NCBI RefSeq assembly: GCF_018350175.1
Contig: NC_058368.1
Location: 32,056,001 to 32,120,000 of the forward strand
Length of the DNA: 64,000 bases
Direction of reading: 5' to 3'
From: Felis catus
Taxonomy: Eukaryota
Shown here: piece after piece, positions 52,459-64,000 of the stretch
How the letters are laid out: every line of letters begins with the position of its first letter
Position numbering within the stretch: position 1 is the first letter of the stretch
Program-made: the position numbers and the translations under genes
Notes under the pieces: model-generated
What the model was told of the DNA's origin: nothing
The model's database searches: none
What the model saw: the letters and a program-made list of their open reading frames with translations, nothing else

Positions 52459-53616
52459 GAGAAGACAGAGCAGTATTTGAGTTGAGAACATTTGCTGAAG
52501 TGGTTGCCCTGTTACTTGGGGAAAGGAGACCAAGCCTAGAATATGCCAGAGTAAGGAGTCTATATGATCCCACTTGGCTGAAATCCTAAAAACATCTGTG
52601 CTTAGTATAAGAGTAAAACTAGAAATAAATCTGAACCCCATATTCACCTCAGGTGTCTGCATTCACACTCAGAAATTCTTGTTTGAAATTTTAGAGCTCA
52701 TCAAACAAGGAAAAAAATTAATTTTGCTACCAAGAAGATCCCTTATATAGACTTGTAGCTAACAATGACATATTTAGGGGTCCAAATAATCAACAGTTAA
52801 TAATTTAGGTGAAAATACGGCTGCAGAAGGTTAATAGAAGTAAGTTCAGATTACTCTGGAAAAAACACATCTTCATTTTATGCCTTAAAATATTAACCAC
52901 CAAATGCAGAGTTCCAAAGGAAATGTGAAGCACAAAATATTTAGGAAAATTACAATGTACAACATTTAAAACAGCACAGAGGCTGAAAAAACAAAAGCAA
53001 TTGGAGTTTTCAAGCTCATACTATAAAAGAAGCATCTCTTAATCTTTTAAACAAATAAAAGTTTAAAATATGATTAGTAATGGTCTGTTGTAATTTTTGA
53101 TAGCCATTGACTTTAAAGATTTGAGTTCTTACTGTTTCTTAGTGTTTCGGTGTGTCTACTCTAAACTATGTATAATTGATTTCTCTCTTTGTCCAATGTG
53201 AAAGTATTTATCTTCATAAGAATATTTGTTCCATTTAGATTTATTGTAACCACAGATATTTATATTTATTTCCACCATCTTATTTTATTCTTCTTATTTT
53301 TTACTACATCTTTTTTTTTATGTGTACTTTTCTCTTTTCTTGTTTTCTTTGGACTTTTTCTCTCATTCTACAAACTTTCTCTAGTATTTGGGAATTTATG
53401 TACTGATTATAATTGTACATATGATATAAATGTTAATAATCATTCTGAACTCATTGTAATATTATTAACATTTTTATTGCCCACCTAAACTCTAGAAAAG
53501 TCTTAAAACACTTTAAGATCTATCATCCATTCCAATTAAATATTACTTTTGTCATGTATTTTAGACCATGTTACATTATTGATTTCATCATGCTTTTTTA
53601 AAAAAATAAAACTAAT

Positions 53617-53851
53617 ATTTTATTTTTAATGTTTTTAATTTTTAATGATTATTTATATTTGAGAGAGAGAGAGAGAGAGAGACAGAGCATTAGTGGGGAG
53701 GGGCAGAGAGAGAGGGAGACAGAATCTGAAGCAGGCTCCAGACTCTGAGCTGTCAGCACAGGGCCTGATATGGGGCTCTAACTTATGAACTGCGAGGTCA
53801 TGACCTGAGCCAAAGTCAAATGCTCAACCAACTGAGCCACCCAGGTACCCC
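53617..53851 (-). mobile_element. Can-SINE
   Basis: Full body on the minus strand. Confidence 0.93.
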
Positions 53852-54050
53852 AAGCTAATGTTATTTTAAATTTAATGTATATTTTTATTAATTTGTTGGT
53901 TCTTCCTATTTTTTTCAATTGCAGAACTTCCATTTGCTATCACTTTCTCCTTTTTCTTCTGATACAACATTTTGAATTTTTATTACTGAAGGTTTGTTGG
54001 GGGCCAAACTGGGTTTGATTTTGAAACTGTATTGTCATTATACTTAATTC

Positions 54051-54236
54051 TTTTTTTTTAATGTTTATTTGTTTTGAGAGAGAGAGAGAGAGAGAGCATG
54101 AGCAGGGGAGGGAAGAGAGAAAGGGAGAGAGAAAGAATCCCAAGCCTGACAGGTTAGGTCCCACCAATCACAAGATTATGACCTTAGCAGAAAATTACAA
54201 GTCAGTGGTTCCACCAACTGAATCACCCAGGTGCCC
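54051..54236 (-). mobile_element. Older Can-SINE with an internal deletion
   Basis: TSD tactt(a/c)attctt. Confidence 0.9.
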
Positions 54237-54837
54237 TTCTACTTCATTCTTAAAGGATATTATTCAGTATAATATTCTAGATAAACAGCATATTCTTACT
54301 TTCCCACAATTTCATTATATCACTCTACTAACTTCATTGTTACTCTTAAAATTGGGTATCAGTTTTATTTTTGCAGTCTGAAGTTAATCTGTCACTGATT
54401 TTTGGTATTTGAAGGTCTTCTCTCAGTCTTTAGCTTTTTGAGTCATTATCTTCATGTATAGAGGTCTACATTTGTTTTATTAATAGTACTTGGATTCACT
54501 GGGCCCTGTGAATATATACATTATTTTATTCCATCATTTGTGGAAAACTCTTGGCTTGTATATCTTCAAGTGATATCTATGACTTAATAACTTTTTTTGT
54601 CTTTTCATAATTCTCATTTCATCCAATTCTCTTTAGACTCTGTTCATGTTTTCCATTTTTTAAATCTTTCTGATACATTCTGCATAATTTCTATATATTT
54701 CACTGTTCTCTCCTGAAGACTTAATTTGTGGTTAAACTCAAACACTGGATTTTACATTTCAATTATTTTATTTTGATTCATTTTTTCTCTTATTTTATTT
54801 ATAGAATTTCTCTTTGGTTCATTAATAAATTGCTTAA

Positions 54838-54904
54838 TTTTTTTATGTTTATTTATTTATTTTGGGGGGGGAGAGAGAGAGAGCATATGCACAAGCAAGA
54901 GAGG

Positions 54905-54948
<44 letters not shown>

Positions 54949-55072
54949 CCTAAGCAGGCTCTGAGCTTCCAGCATGGAGCCTGATATGGGGCTCGATCTC
55001 CCTGACTGTGAGATCATGACCTGAGCTGAAACAAAGAGTTGAACACTGAACTGACTGAGCCACCCAGGCACC
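54838..55072 (-). mobile_element. Older Can-SINE
   Basis: Long (GA)n tract; TSD tgcttaat. Confidence 0.93.
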
Positions 55073-55224
55073 TCATGCTTAATGTTTTTATGTTTAAGCT
55101 CTTATTATATCTGAGCTGTTTTAATTATGTGTCTAGTAATTCCTTTATGTTAAGTCTTTATCAGGTCCTATTCTACCTTTTGTTTTTGTGTGTTGTGAAA
55201 TTTGTATTTGTGGATATATTGTAA

Positions 55225-55232
55225 TGTGTGTG

Positions 55233-55283
<51 letters not shown>

Positions 55284-55307
55284 TGTGAGAGAGAGAGAAA
55301 GAGAGAG
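55225..55307. repeat. (GT)n/(GA)n microsatellite
   Basis: Direct inspection. Confidence 0.93.
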
Positions 55308-55434
55308 TTACTCATTTTTCCTAGAGCCTTATCTAAAGATAACTTTTGAGGCCTGAGAAAATTTGTACTTGCTTCTGTCATACCCGTCAAGACACTAAAG
55401 GTCTGGGACCATTTTTAACAAAATCATCAGCTCA

Positions 55435-55630
55435 AGGTTCCTGGGTGGCTCAGTCGGTTAAGCATCCCACTTCGGTTCAGGTCATGATCTAGTGATCTGT
55501 GAGTTTGATCCCCATGTTGGGCTCTATGCTGAAAGCTCATAGCCTGGAGCCTGCTTCTGTTTCTGTGTCTTCCTCCTTCTCTGCCCTTCTCCAGTTCACA
55601 CTCTCTTTCTCAAAAATAAATAGTGAAAAA
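55435..55630 (+). mobile_element. Can-SINE
   Basis: TSD aaaatcat(c/a)agctca. Confidence 0.93.
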
Positions 55631-57014
55631 AATCATAAGCTCAGTGTTTCTTGAACATATAAAATGGTATTTATTTCTAGTTCCCACTGCACTAAAAGTG
55701 TATCCATGTGGAGGAATCAGCTTAAAGTAGTATATTTCTTATTAAATCAAATTACTTTGATAGTCCTAGGGTCCAGTGAGATCATGAAAATCAGAGGTTA
55801 CCATTTTCCTGGCTTGGGAAATACCTTCAAGGCAAAAGCAGTCTTACGGATGAATAAAGCAAGACTCTAAGAGTTGACAGCACTTAGAGTCTGGGCAAAA
55901 TAAACCATGTGTTGTTAATGTTAAAAGAAGAAACAGTAAACTAAAAGAATTGCTGATGCTAGCACTTATTTATAAAGGCACAAGGATATATATTTATAAA
56001 GGGAGTGCCATTGTCTTAATATTAATTTTAACAATTATTTTCTAAGTTTATATTAAATGTGCAAATTATTATTTTTTACAGCAAGTTGAGGGCAATGAAA
56101 TATCCCTTCCATAAGCCAAACACAAAGGCAGTATGCCTGAGCATAGAATACTTAAATCACTAGGAATTAGAAAACAATGGCATCAATCTCTATGAAGAAA
56201 TAAGGGAGTAATTCCCTCAGAGTAACAGATTTACTGGAAGCCATTTTCTGCTTATATTAGAGGAAAGGAAACCTAAACAAAACACTTGATGGGGTGTTTT
56301 GTGTTGTTAAATTGTGTAGAAGAAACTGAACATTTGTAAAAGAATGGTAATACCTGAAAATCAGAAAGCATCTCCAAATGGGTCACCAATGATATGAAAA
56401 ACTTAAAAAAGCATCATCAGTACATGGAAAAGTTCAAGGCTGATGGAATCAGGATAAATATAGTCTTGGGCCACATTTTCTAATAGCTTCTGTGAGTTCC
56501 TTTGTAAGGAAAAATTAGGAATCAATAATACTTTTACATTTACTATTAAACATAAATTAACTCTAGTTTAAAACATATTTAGATTATTTTCATTAGTTTT
56601 GATTCAGTCATTCTTGTATTCTTGACTTCATAAAATCTCAGGATAAAGATTCTTCCACTTCAATGATACTTAAATTTTCACAAGCTATGAATTTATTTGA
56701 TAATCTGTTAAAAATGTATGTGTTCTTTCCACTAAATGTACGTATGTGTGCATGTATATTTAAACATACTAATTTAAGAAACCTCACTCTGTGTATTATA
56801 GTGAGATGATTTCTGCCTGATATCTATAGTCAAAGCAATAATAGAAACACTACCTCTCCCTCACAGAATGTGGCCTCAATGAGGACAATTTTAATCTGGG
56901 TGTTATATCTGCAATGTATCATCTAGCTAATGAGTGACAGAGCCTTCATTAGAGTTCATGTATTCTTTGGCATGGTCCAGTAATCATTATACTATATCAC
57001 AATGTTTTATAAGA

Positions 57015-57423
57015 TGTAAAGATGTTTGATGACAAGGTGCAATGAAATGACACTTAGAAAGCTGAAAGGCAGAATTTGTTATTTACAACCCCAAAAGAGA
57101 TCAGGATGCCAGGCAACGTCACACAGGTGTTTGTACCTGGGAGCAGGGTAACAGTAAGTTAGAGCTGTAGGGAGCAGTGTATGTATTGCAAGCAGGGTGT
57201 GGTTTGGCTACTTGAATAATTTCCCAGGTTCTGGGACATAGGATGGCTATCCCTAAATGTCTGGTAGCTGGCTGGGGCTGATTAAGTTGTGTATCTGTTC
57301 AGAGCCTTATCAGAGATGACTTTGGGAATAGGTTCAATTGGCCATTCCAGAGGGGAACTAACCAGCCACTAGCCAGGGGTTCAAAACTGAGTCAAGAGAG
57401 TATTTTTTTAAATATATTATACA
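57015..57423 (-). mobile_element. Probable ERVL solo LTR (MER76/MER77-like)
   Basis: GC-richer block with a cttgaataatttc motif; minus strand starts tgtataatatattt. Confidence 0.5.
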
Positions 57424-60400
57424 AAAGGTATGCTTTTTACAAGTTGATATACAAGGATTTTTCTTTTGTTATTTTTTTTTCTATTAACCAAAAGACACAT
57501 TCAACATTTTAGCTCTCCTAGTGTTCTTTATTTTTCTAACTGGAAGATATTTTTTCTTATGCTTTCAATATCAAACTCTAGTACAGATTCAATAAGTTAT
57601 ATAATGAACAGTGTCCAAGACATCTGTGAAAAATATTTCAAATTTGACAGAAGACCCTGAAGCTACCTAACTGAACCTGACCTCTTGATGGTACAGAGAA
57701 TCACGGGTAACATGCCATGTGCTTTGTTCATTGTTCATTGATATATTGGCTTGTCTCAGAATGTGATTTTGTTTGGTGTTTCTTTTCTGAAATTTCTTTA
57801 CTGTATTGGGTGTTTAATTAGGGAATTGTGTATCATAGTTTAAAATCTGTGAAAGTTCTCCCTAGTAAGGCTTGATTCACTCTTAACAAGACCATCTAAG
57901 AAGGATCTAAAATACCATGCTGATGCAAACTGAGCATTGAACTGCCTATGAATAGAAATACTGAAACTTGCTATTTGCCTACACACCTAACTTCTATTTA
58001 CATAATAAATAGACCCATGTGGTAGGAGAAACTGGATCAAAAAATTGAATTTGCTAACCAAAATTCCACTTATTTGGGTGTCCTGCAATTCTTCTGAAAT
58101 TCTAAAATAAAAACATGAATATTAGGTATATAGGTTCTAAGCAGAACAAGGCATGACCGAACCACATAAACAGTAGAAAAATAAAACTTCTCCTTTTTCA
58201 AAAGATACCACGTTTGTATACTGTGTGCATATATGATCTGATTTTTTTCCTTCTTTTTAGAAAATGTCTGTGCTAGGGTGAGGTCATTATGACCAAAGCT
58301 GTACAATTTGTTTTAGGTCAATTAACAGATTGAATGGGACGATACCTCACTCTTAGGTGAGCAAAATCATTCTAAGACTTTCTCTGAAGATATTCTATTT
58401 TCATAATAGTGAATCCAGTTCAAAAACTAGATCTGATCAACATAGGACCTCTCAAATGACCTCCCAAATGCTGAAAACTGCCTAACAAAATCATTCTCCT
58501 ATCACTTTTACTCCTAACAAATCAGAATAATGTAAATTTTGATAAAGTTAACCAGAAAGCACAAAAATATTGATAGATATGGTAAATGGACCATATACCA
58601 AGGGCTTCACCTGAAGCATTGTGAATATGTTCATGTTAAATTACAGCATAGATAATGAGGCAGAGTGGAGTTCCGATGCTATGAGCTTCAACTACTTGAG
58701 TTACTTGAACTCTAGTTTCCTCACCTCAAAAACAAAAATAATATTGCTTTTCTATTCATCTGGGAAGAGTCTTATGACTTAAAGAAATACTATCATGAAA
58801 TGACTTCTGAATACATGAAAAGATTTTATAAAAACAATGATATATATGAAATGACTTTAGATTATCATTTATATCTTAATTGATTAATATAAGAATTGAC
58901 TTTTCTTTTATACCTAAATCACTTTAAAATATAAATATATAATCATATCACACAATTGCATATATAACATATATTTCAACATATCATTTGCTGATATTAT
59001 TGGGAATAAAATGATTCCCAAATGTTTTAAATTCTGAATGCATGTTAATTTACAGAATCCTCCTAACAATCCTATGAAGTAGGTATTCTGGAATGAATGA
59101 GAGGATAATTTTTTTATTGGCATTTTAACCAGTAAGGAACTCTTGACCTTGCTTTCTTGAATGTTTCTTTGTATTACATGTTGCAAATGCACAGTATTCT
59201 TTAATACAAGAATACAGATTTTCATGCTCAATAAATAATAAATAACTTTTAGATTTTTCTGTGGATAAAATACAAAATTATTGATATTTTCTCCCAGTTA
59301 TATATTTAGTTACCCATACATTGCATCTTGTGAAGTTTACCCAAGCTACTAAATAGATTCCTTCCCATGAATTTAACTCCTAAATATCATTTCTTATGTT
59401 ATTTGAAAACCCCTTTCTTCCATTTATTTTAATGGAAGAAGTTAATGCAAGTATCCTCTGCTTTTTCAGATGTTGTGATTCCTACACAAATCAAAATTGT
59501 GTTTTATAGAGAATACTGAGGCATAAATCTTCAGTCACTTTGCTTGAAAACTAAAGGGTTTAAACCCAATTATCTTAATAGTTTGATGCTGCTGTAAAAT
59601 TCTATGAGGTTGTGACTACATGATTTCTTCTTTGGTATGAGATGATTTTCTCAGGAATCATCACTTGCTTACACTCTGGGGCTGAAACCTTCCTGTGCAA
59701 AGCTTTCCTAAAGCATTGTCCAGTTTCATTTAAGAAGCCAAGAGGATGAACATTCCAGTTGTCATTTTTTGTGATTACATTTCCACAAACTGAAACTGCA
59801 CACTAATTTATTTTCTTTTTCCCTATTATGTATTGAAAATATAGTTGGATTTTTTTCCAGATCATAAATGAGGAGTTTACTCCAGTCACTACTCATTATA
59901 TCACACTGGACATACGTCACTCTTTGATATAACTCACTGCAGCTGTGTAGCCATCTGAGTTTGAACCCATTTGCACAATGAAGGGGGGAAAAGTGAGAGG
60001 GAACGCATTTACTCTCCATGAGAAATCACTAAGTATGATCAATGGACAAAATTTTAGTGAGGGACAGTATGATAACCATGTTATCGTAATTAACACACAT
60101 AATCCCTTCTAAATATAACACCCCAACTTAATAAAACAGCATTTCCTATCAAAACTGGACCTAAAAATCAGCTATGTCTTTAGTTATTGAGACACTACTA
60201 GTTATTTGGGGAACCTACTGTTTTAGATGAAAGTGAATCATACAATTGGTCTTAAATAGTTGAAGATTTATGTAGGTCTAGAAAAGAATTTGTAATGAGA
60301 AATTTCTGGTCCATTCTCTATAGAGCATAATGTAATATTTACAAAATAGATCTTGTCATTTTTCTTGATTATACATTCCTGTGTATTCCGGTTTTATTTA

Positions 60401-60785
60401 ATGCATGATAAAATGAAAACACTACCATGTCCTAAAATGTTCTAATTGAGCTGGGCCAGTATAGTCTTCCCTTCTGATCTTGCCACTCTTTACCCTGATC
60501 CGTATACTTCAGTGACAGTGGCCTTTTTCATATGTGGTAAATTTGTTCCCAACTCAGACTTTATTTGCTTGGAATTCATTCACTTTTAAGAAATTTTTCA
60601 TTCAAGATATGGGGAAGTTGAATGGCTGAAATGGAGTCCATGTTTTATATTCTTCTCACTATGGTGCTTTCCACAATGTGGATGCTAGAGGGAAAGTAGT
60701 GATGGGCCACTCAGGGGACTTGAGGAAGTGGCTGTTTATCAAAACTGTTTATGAATTATCTCAATGTTTTGTTGGCTGGCCATAC

Positions 60786-61219
60786 TGTTGGAGGAGGTCA
60801 TTCAAGAAGATGTAACCACAGGTTTGACCCATGAGCTACACCTGTCCACTTAGAAGCTCCTCAGCCCCTTCTCCATCCTTGGAATGTGTGTTCTGCTTGC
60901 CTTCCCCACTCCCAGAAGCTGCCCCGAGGATAAAAACTTGAGATAGAAATGTGGTGATGATACTATCTCAACCACCATCTACACTGGATCTAGTTAAAGT
61001 CTCTCTATAAATTTTTAAGATTCTGGTGGGTAGATGCAGAGGTATACTTGTTTTGCAGCCACCTAAGTCAAGTCTCATAAGTAAGTTCCCTTGCTTATTA
61101 AATCTGCCATCTACCAATGTGGAGTGGTCTTCCTCTTTCTTTGGTCTCTCCTTGCCCATCATGACTACATAGGCTGGTTTTAGTTCTACCTGGGAAGCTT
61201 CTAAGGTTGCAACCCAGCA
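60786..61219 (+). mobile_element. Solo LTR (ERV1-like, probably carnivore-specific)
   Basis: TG...CA bounded ~435 bp; ctataaa near 61005; attaaa polyA-type signal near 61097 in taagtaagttcccttgcttattaaa. Confidence 0.7.
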
Positions 61220-61368
61220 ACTACAGCATATTATATGCAGTCACATAAATACACAGGTTCAATAACTAGAATACAAGATCATTGAAAGGATGAACTGAAT
61301 CATGTCAATTGTTTTATACTCTCTAACCAGCATAATATTTACCATTTATTGAACATAAAATATACATA

Positions 61369-61831
61369 GAGTAGCCGCCCCCCTCCCCGATCTGTGGTTC
61401 CAGTTTCTACAGTTTCTGTTACCTGTGGCCAACCATGGTCCAGCTGCAGGTTATTCCCCCTGAGGATCATTAGAAAGTCAGTAGCACCTAATGTTATATC
61501 CTGATGCCTACATCATTCACCTCACTTCATCTCATCACTTAGGCATTCATCATCTTACAGCATCCCAAGAAGGAGAGTGAGTATACACAATAAGATATTT
61601 CATTCACATTCACATAACTTTTAGTACAATATTTTGTTATAATTGCTCTTTTTTATTATTAGTTATTATCATTAATCACTTACTATGCCTAATAAAGTTT
61701 ACCATAGATATGTATGTATAGTATAGGAAAAAATATAGTATAATATATATAGTGTTCAGTACTATCTTCAGCCTCAGGCATCTACAAGAGTTTTAGAACA
61801 TATCACCCACAGATAAGTGGGGGAACTACTG
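61369..61831 (+). mobile_element. MER44-type (Tigger7-derived) non-autonomous DNA transposon
   Basis: Degenerate TIRs gagtagccgcccccctccccgatctgtgg / ccacagataagtgggggaactactg; internal cacattcacataacttttagtaca motif. Strand nominal. Confidence 0.85.
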
Positions 61832-62317
61832 TGCACATATTTAATGTTCCAAATTACTCTTGCTTATTCTTATTATCTCTTGAGCAAATTAAAAGTCAAC
61901 TTTCAACAAATATTGTTACCACCTAGTGCTCTAGATGACACATAAAGAAATGTAAGTGATCATTTTTAATTTGATTCTTCAATTCCTTGCTATTACTTAC
62001 TTACATTAATAACAATCAATATAGCTTAGTATAGTGAAATACAACAAAGACAAATAACTCTTCATTGCATATACATTACTGTTTGGTTTGTTTCTATGTG
62101 GTGTCAGTTTCCCTTAGTGTTAATTTTTAAGAAAAAAGGTACAGCTTTTGAAATTCTGTGCATAGTTCACACATACAAGTATATTTATTCAGTTATCTCT
62201 TTGTTACTTCCCATTACACCTTTTTGTAAACATCCCTATTTCAAGTATTCATTGTCATCATTCCCTTTAGTAGCTCTGAGTAAACCTGATAGCATCTCCT
62301 AAAGAGAGAAAAATCTA

Positions 62318-62585
62318 TATAATATAATATAGTATAATAAATATAAGTAATATATAATTATATGCATGTATTATATATAATATAAAAATAATATGTGCAA
62401 TATATAATATCTTACATATATATCATATAGCAAATATATATTGATAATTAATAATAAACTGATCAATAAATATCAATCATGTATTTTATATAAAATATGA
62501 ATATAAATGTGAGTGATATAATATTCTAATATAATTAATTAATATAAATTAGACTGTATAATATGCTAACAGCACATATATGCTA
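62318..62585. repeat. AT-rich low-complexity junction DNA
   Basis: Near-pure A/T tract abutting the truncated SINE half. Confidence 0.85.
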
Positions 62586-62693
62586 GCAGCATGGAGTCTG
62601 ACACAGGACTCCATCCCAGGAACCATGAGGTCATGACCTGAGCCCAAAATCAAGAGTTGGACACTTAACTGACTGAGCCTCCCAGGCACCCCC
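62586..62693 (-). mobile_element. 5' half of a split Can-SINE
   Basis: Minus strand reads ggggtgcctgggaggctcagtc...gtcagactccatgctg and then stops; no CT tract or tail. Confidence 0.92.
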
Positions 62694-62739
62694 AGAGAAA
62701 GATTTTAAAAGAGGAAATGGAATAGTTAGAATAGCAAGA

Positions 62740-63130
62740 ATGAGGTTTGGAACCAGGAAAGTTCCTGGCTTGTTTTGAGAAGATGTGCTTATGGTGCACT
62801 TAGACCATATGGTGTATCGTATAGATGGTGGGCCAGGCTGCAAAAGGTATTAAAGGCAGGATAAGGAGGTTGGTGTCTTTTGGTGGCAGTGAGAAAGGAG
62901 ATAATGGAGGTTTTTAAGCAGAGGAATGAATGACAACCAATCTGAGTTGTAAAAGAACATGGTGACAGAATGGTGGATAGTATCTTAGTCGAAAAGAGAC
63001 TGAAAGCAAGGAAGTTAGTGAGAACACTGAACTGGTTCAGAAATAAGGTGAAAGTATCTGCTACGTAGAGTGGTATTACAGGGGCTTGGGAGAAATGGAT
63101 GGATTTCACACACACTATGGTATAAAGAGC
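62740..63130 (-). mobile_element. L2 fragment
   Basis: atggaggtttttaagcagaggaatga...agactgaaagcaaggaagttagtgagaa resembles antisense L2. Confidence 0.6.
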
Positions 63131-63264
63131 TGTAAAAGATACATATTGATTTAACACTTTTCATTACATTTGTTTGTAACTGATTAGAGTTTTACTTCTC
63201 CTGATATAAGGGTAGTACAAGGAGCTATAGAAAATTCCCTAAATTTATACCTTTTGTTTAAATA

Positions 63265-63385
63265 TTATACATATATATATAGCATATGCATGCCTAACAT
63301 ATATGTATACATACATATATATGTGTATGTGTACATATATATGTGTACATACATACATATATATGTATATACACACATACACACC
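63265..63385. repeat. (TA)/(TG)/(CA) compound low-complexity repeat
   Basis: Direct inspection. Confidence 0.85.
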
Positions 63386-63634
63386 CGCAGGCACACATGC
63401 ATTATTAAGCATGTATCAAAACTGAAGGTATTTAAGAGAAGAGAGTCATCTCCTAATTTTAAAAATTTTTTTTTTATGTTTAACTGATTTGATTTCCTTA
63501 ATTAGAAAATACAATATATAACTTCCATTATGGAAGACTTTCATATATATATGAAAGAATTTATATGATATTTATTTATATATATTATATATTTACATAT
63601 TATATAGTATATTATATAGTCTAATTTATATATA

Positions 63635-63774
63635 TGCTGGGGGTTCTCTCTCTCCTTCTTTCTCTGCCCCTTCCCCACTTATGTGTGCACATGTTCTCCC
63701 TCTCTCTCCCTCTCTCTCTCTTTGTCTCTCTCTCTCTCTCTCTCTCAAAAATAAATAAACTTTTAAAAATAAAA
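63635..63774 (+). mobile_element. 3' half of a split Can-SINE
   Basis: Begins tgctgggggttctctc (consensus-like tgcttgggattctctc), CT tract, aataaataaac tail; no tRNA-derived head. Confidence 0.92.
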
Positions 63775-64000
63775 TAAAATCTTTCTCTAATCTGAAAGGA
63801 CTTTGCTTAAGAATAGCATTCTGACTCAGTAGCCAATTTACTTGAAACAGTATATTTGTTGCAACCAATATATTGTGGAATACTGGAAAGCAGGCATACA
63901 AAATATTGTGCTGTTTCGAACTGAATTCATTTAACTGACCTGCCAATTCCCACATTTTCTCATTCACAGTTTGCATTTTCATGTAACTTTTAACTGAATT

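Larger units (their letters stand above)
53080..55430 (-). mobile_element. Degraded L1ME/HAL1-like fragments interspersed with SINEs
   Basis: T-rich antisense L1-like sequence (ccatttagatttattgtaaccacagat, tctctttggttc); weak recalled similarity. Confidence 0.45.

Noticed and set aside
59762..60019. 85-aa minus ORF, or a plus-strand acceptor ttttttccag at 59860 followed by IINEEFTPVTTHYITLDIRHSLI*
   Set aside because: No recognisable homology or partner exons; consistent with chance.

Overview
AT-rich, CpG-poor mammalian genomic DNA from a felid, judged from about 27 tRNA-derived Can-SINE/SINEC copies and a feline-type L1 3' end. I found no protein-coding gene, CpG island or functional RNA gene that I can support, so this looks like a gene desert or a large intron. 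The ORF-track entries are chance ORFs or translated repeats (SINE, L1 ORF2 and Tigger1 transposase remnants). Repeat content: a TSD-flanked carnivore L1 (39114-45013) lacking ORF1, a full-length Tigger1, a MER44-type element, several solo LTRs, old L1M/L2/MIR fragments, microsatellites and a U6 retrocopy fused to an L1 3' end. The most notable structures are rearrangement and retrotransposition scars: (1) a ~1 kb inversion that splits one SINE into two oppositely oriented halves whose 14-bp TSDs are now inverted, with duplicated and palindromic AT-rich junction DNA; (2) an old U6/L1 chimera; (3) a twin-priming-type inverted L1; (4) a SINE-associated internal L1 deletion; (5) a three-level nested insertion with a double tail. 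I see no convincing evidence of an undescribed biological system. Repeat family names come from recalled consensus sequences, not a database search, and boundaries of old repeats are approximate.
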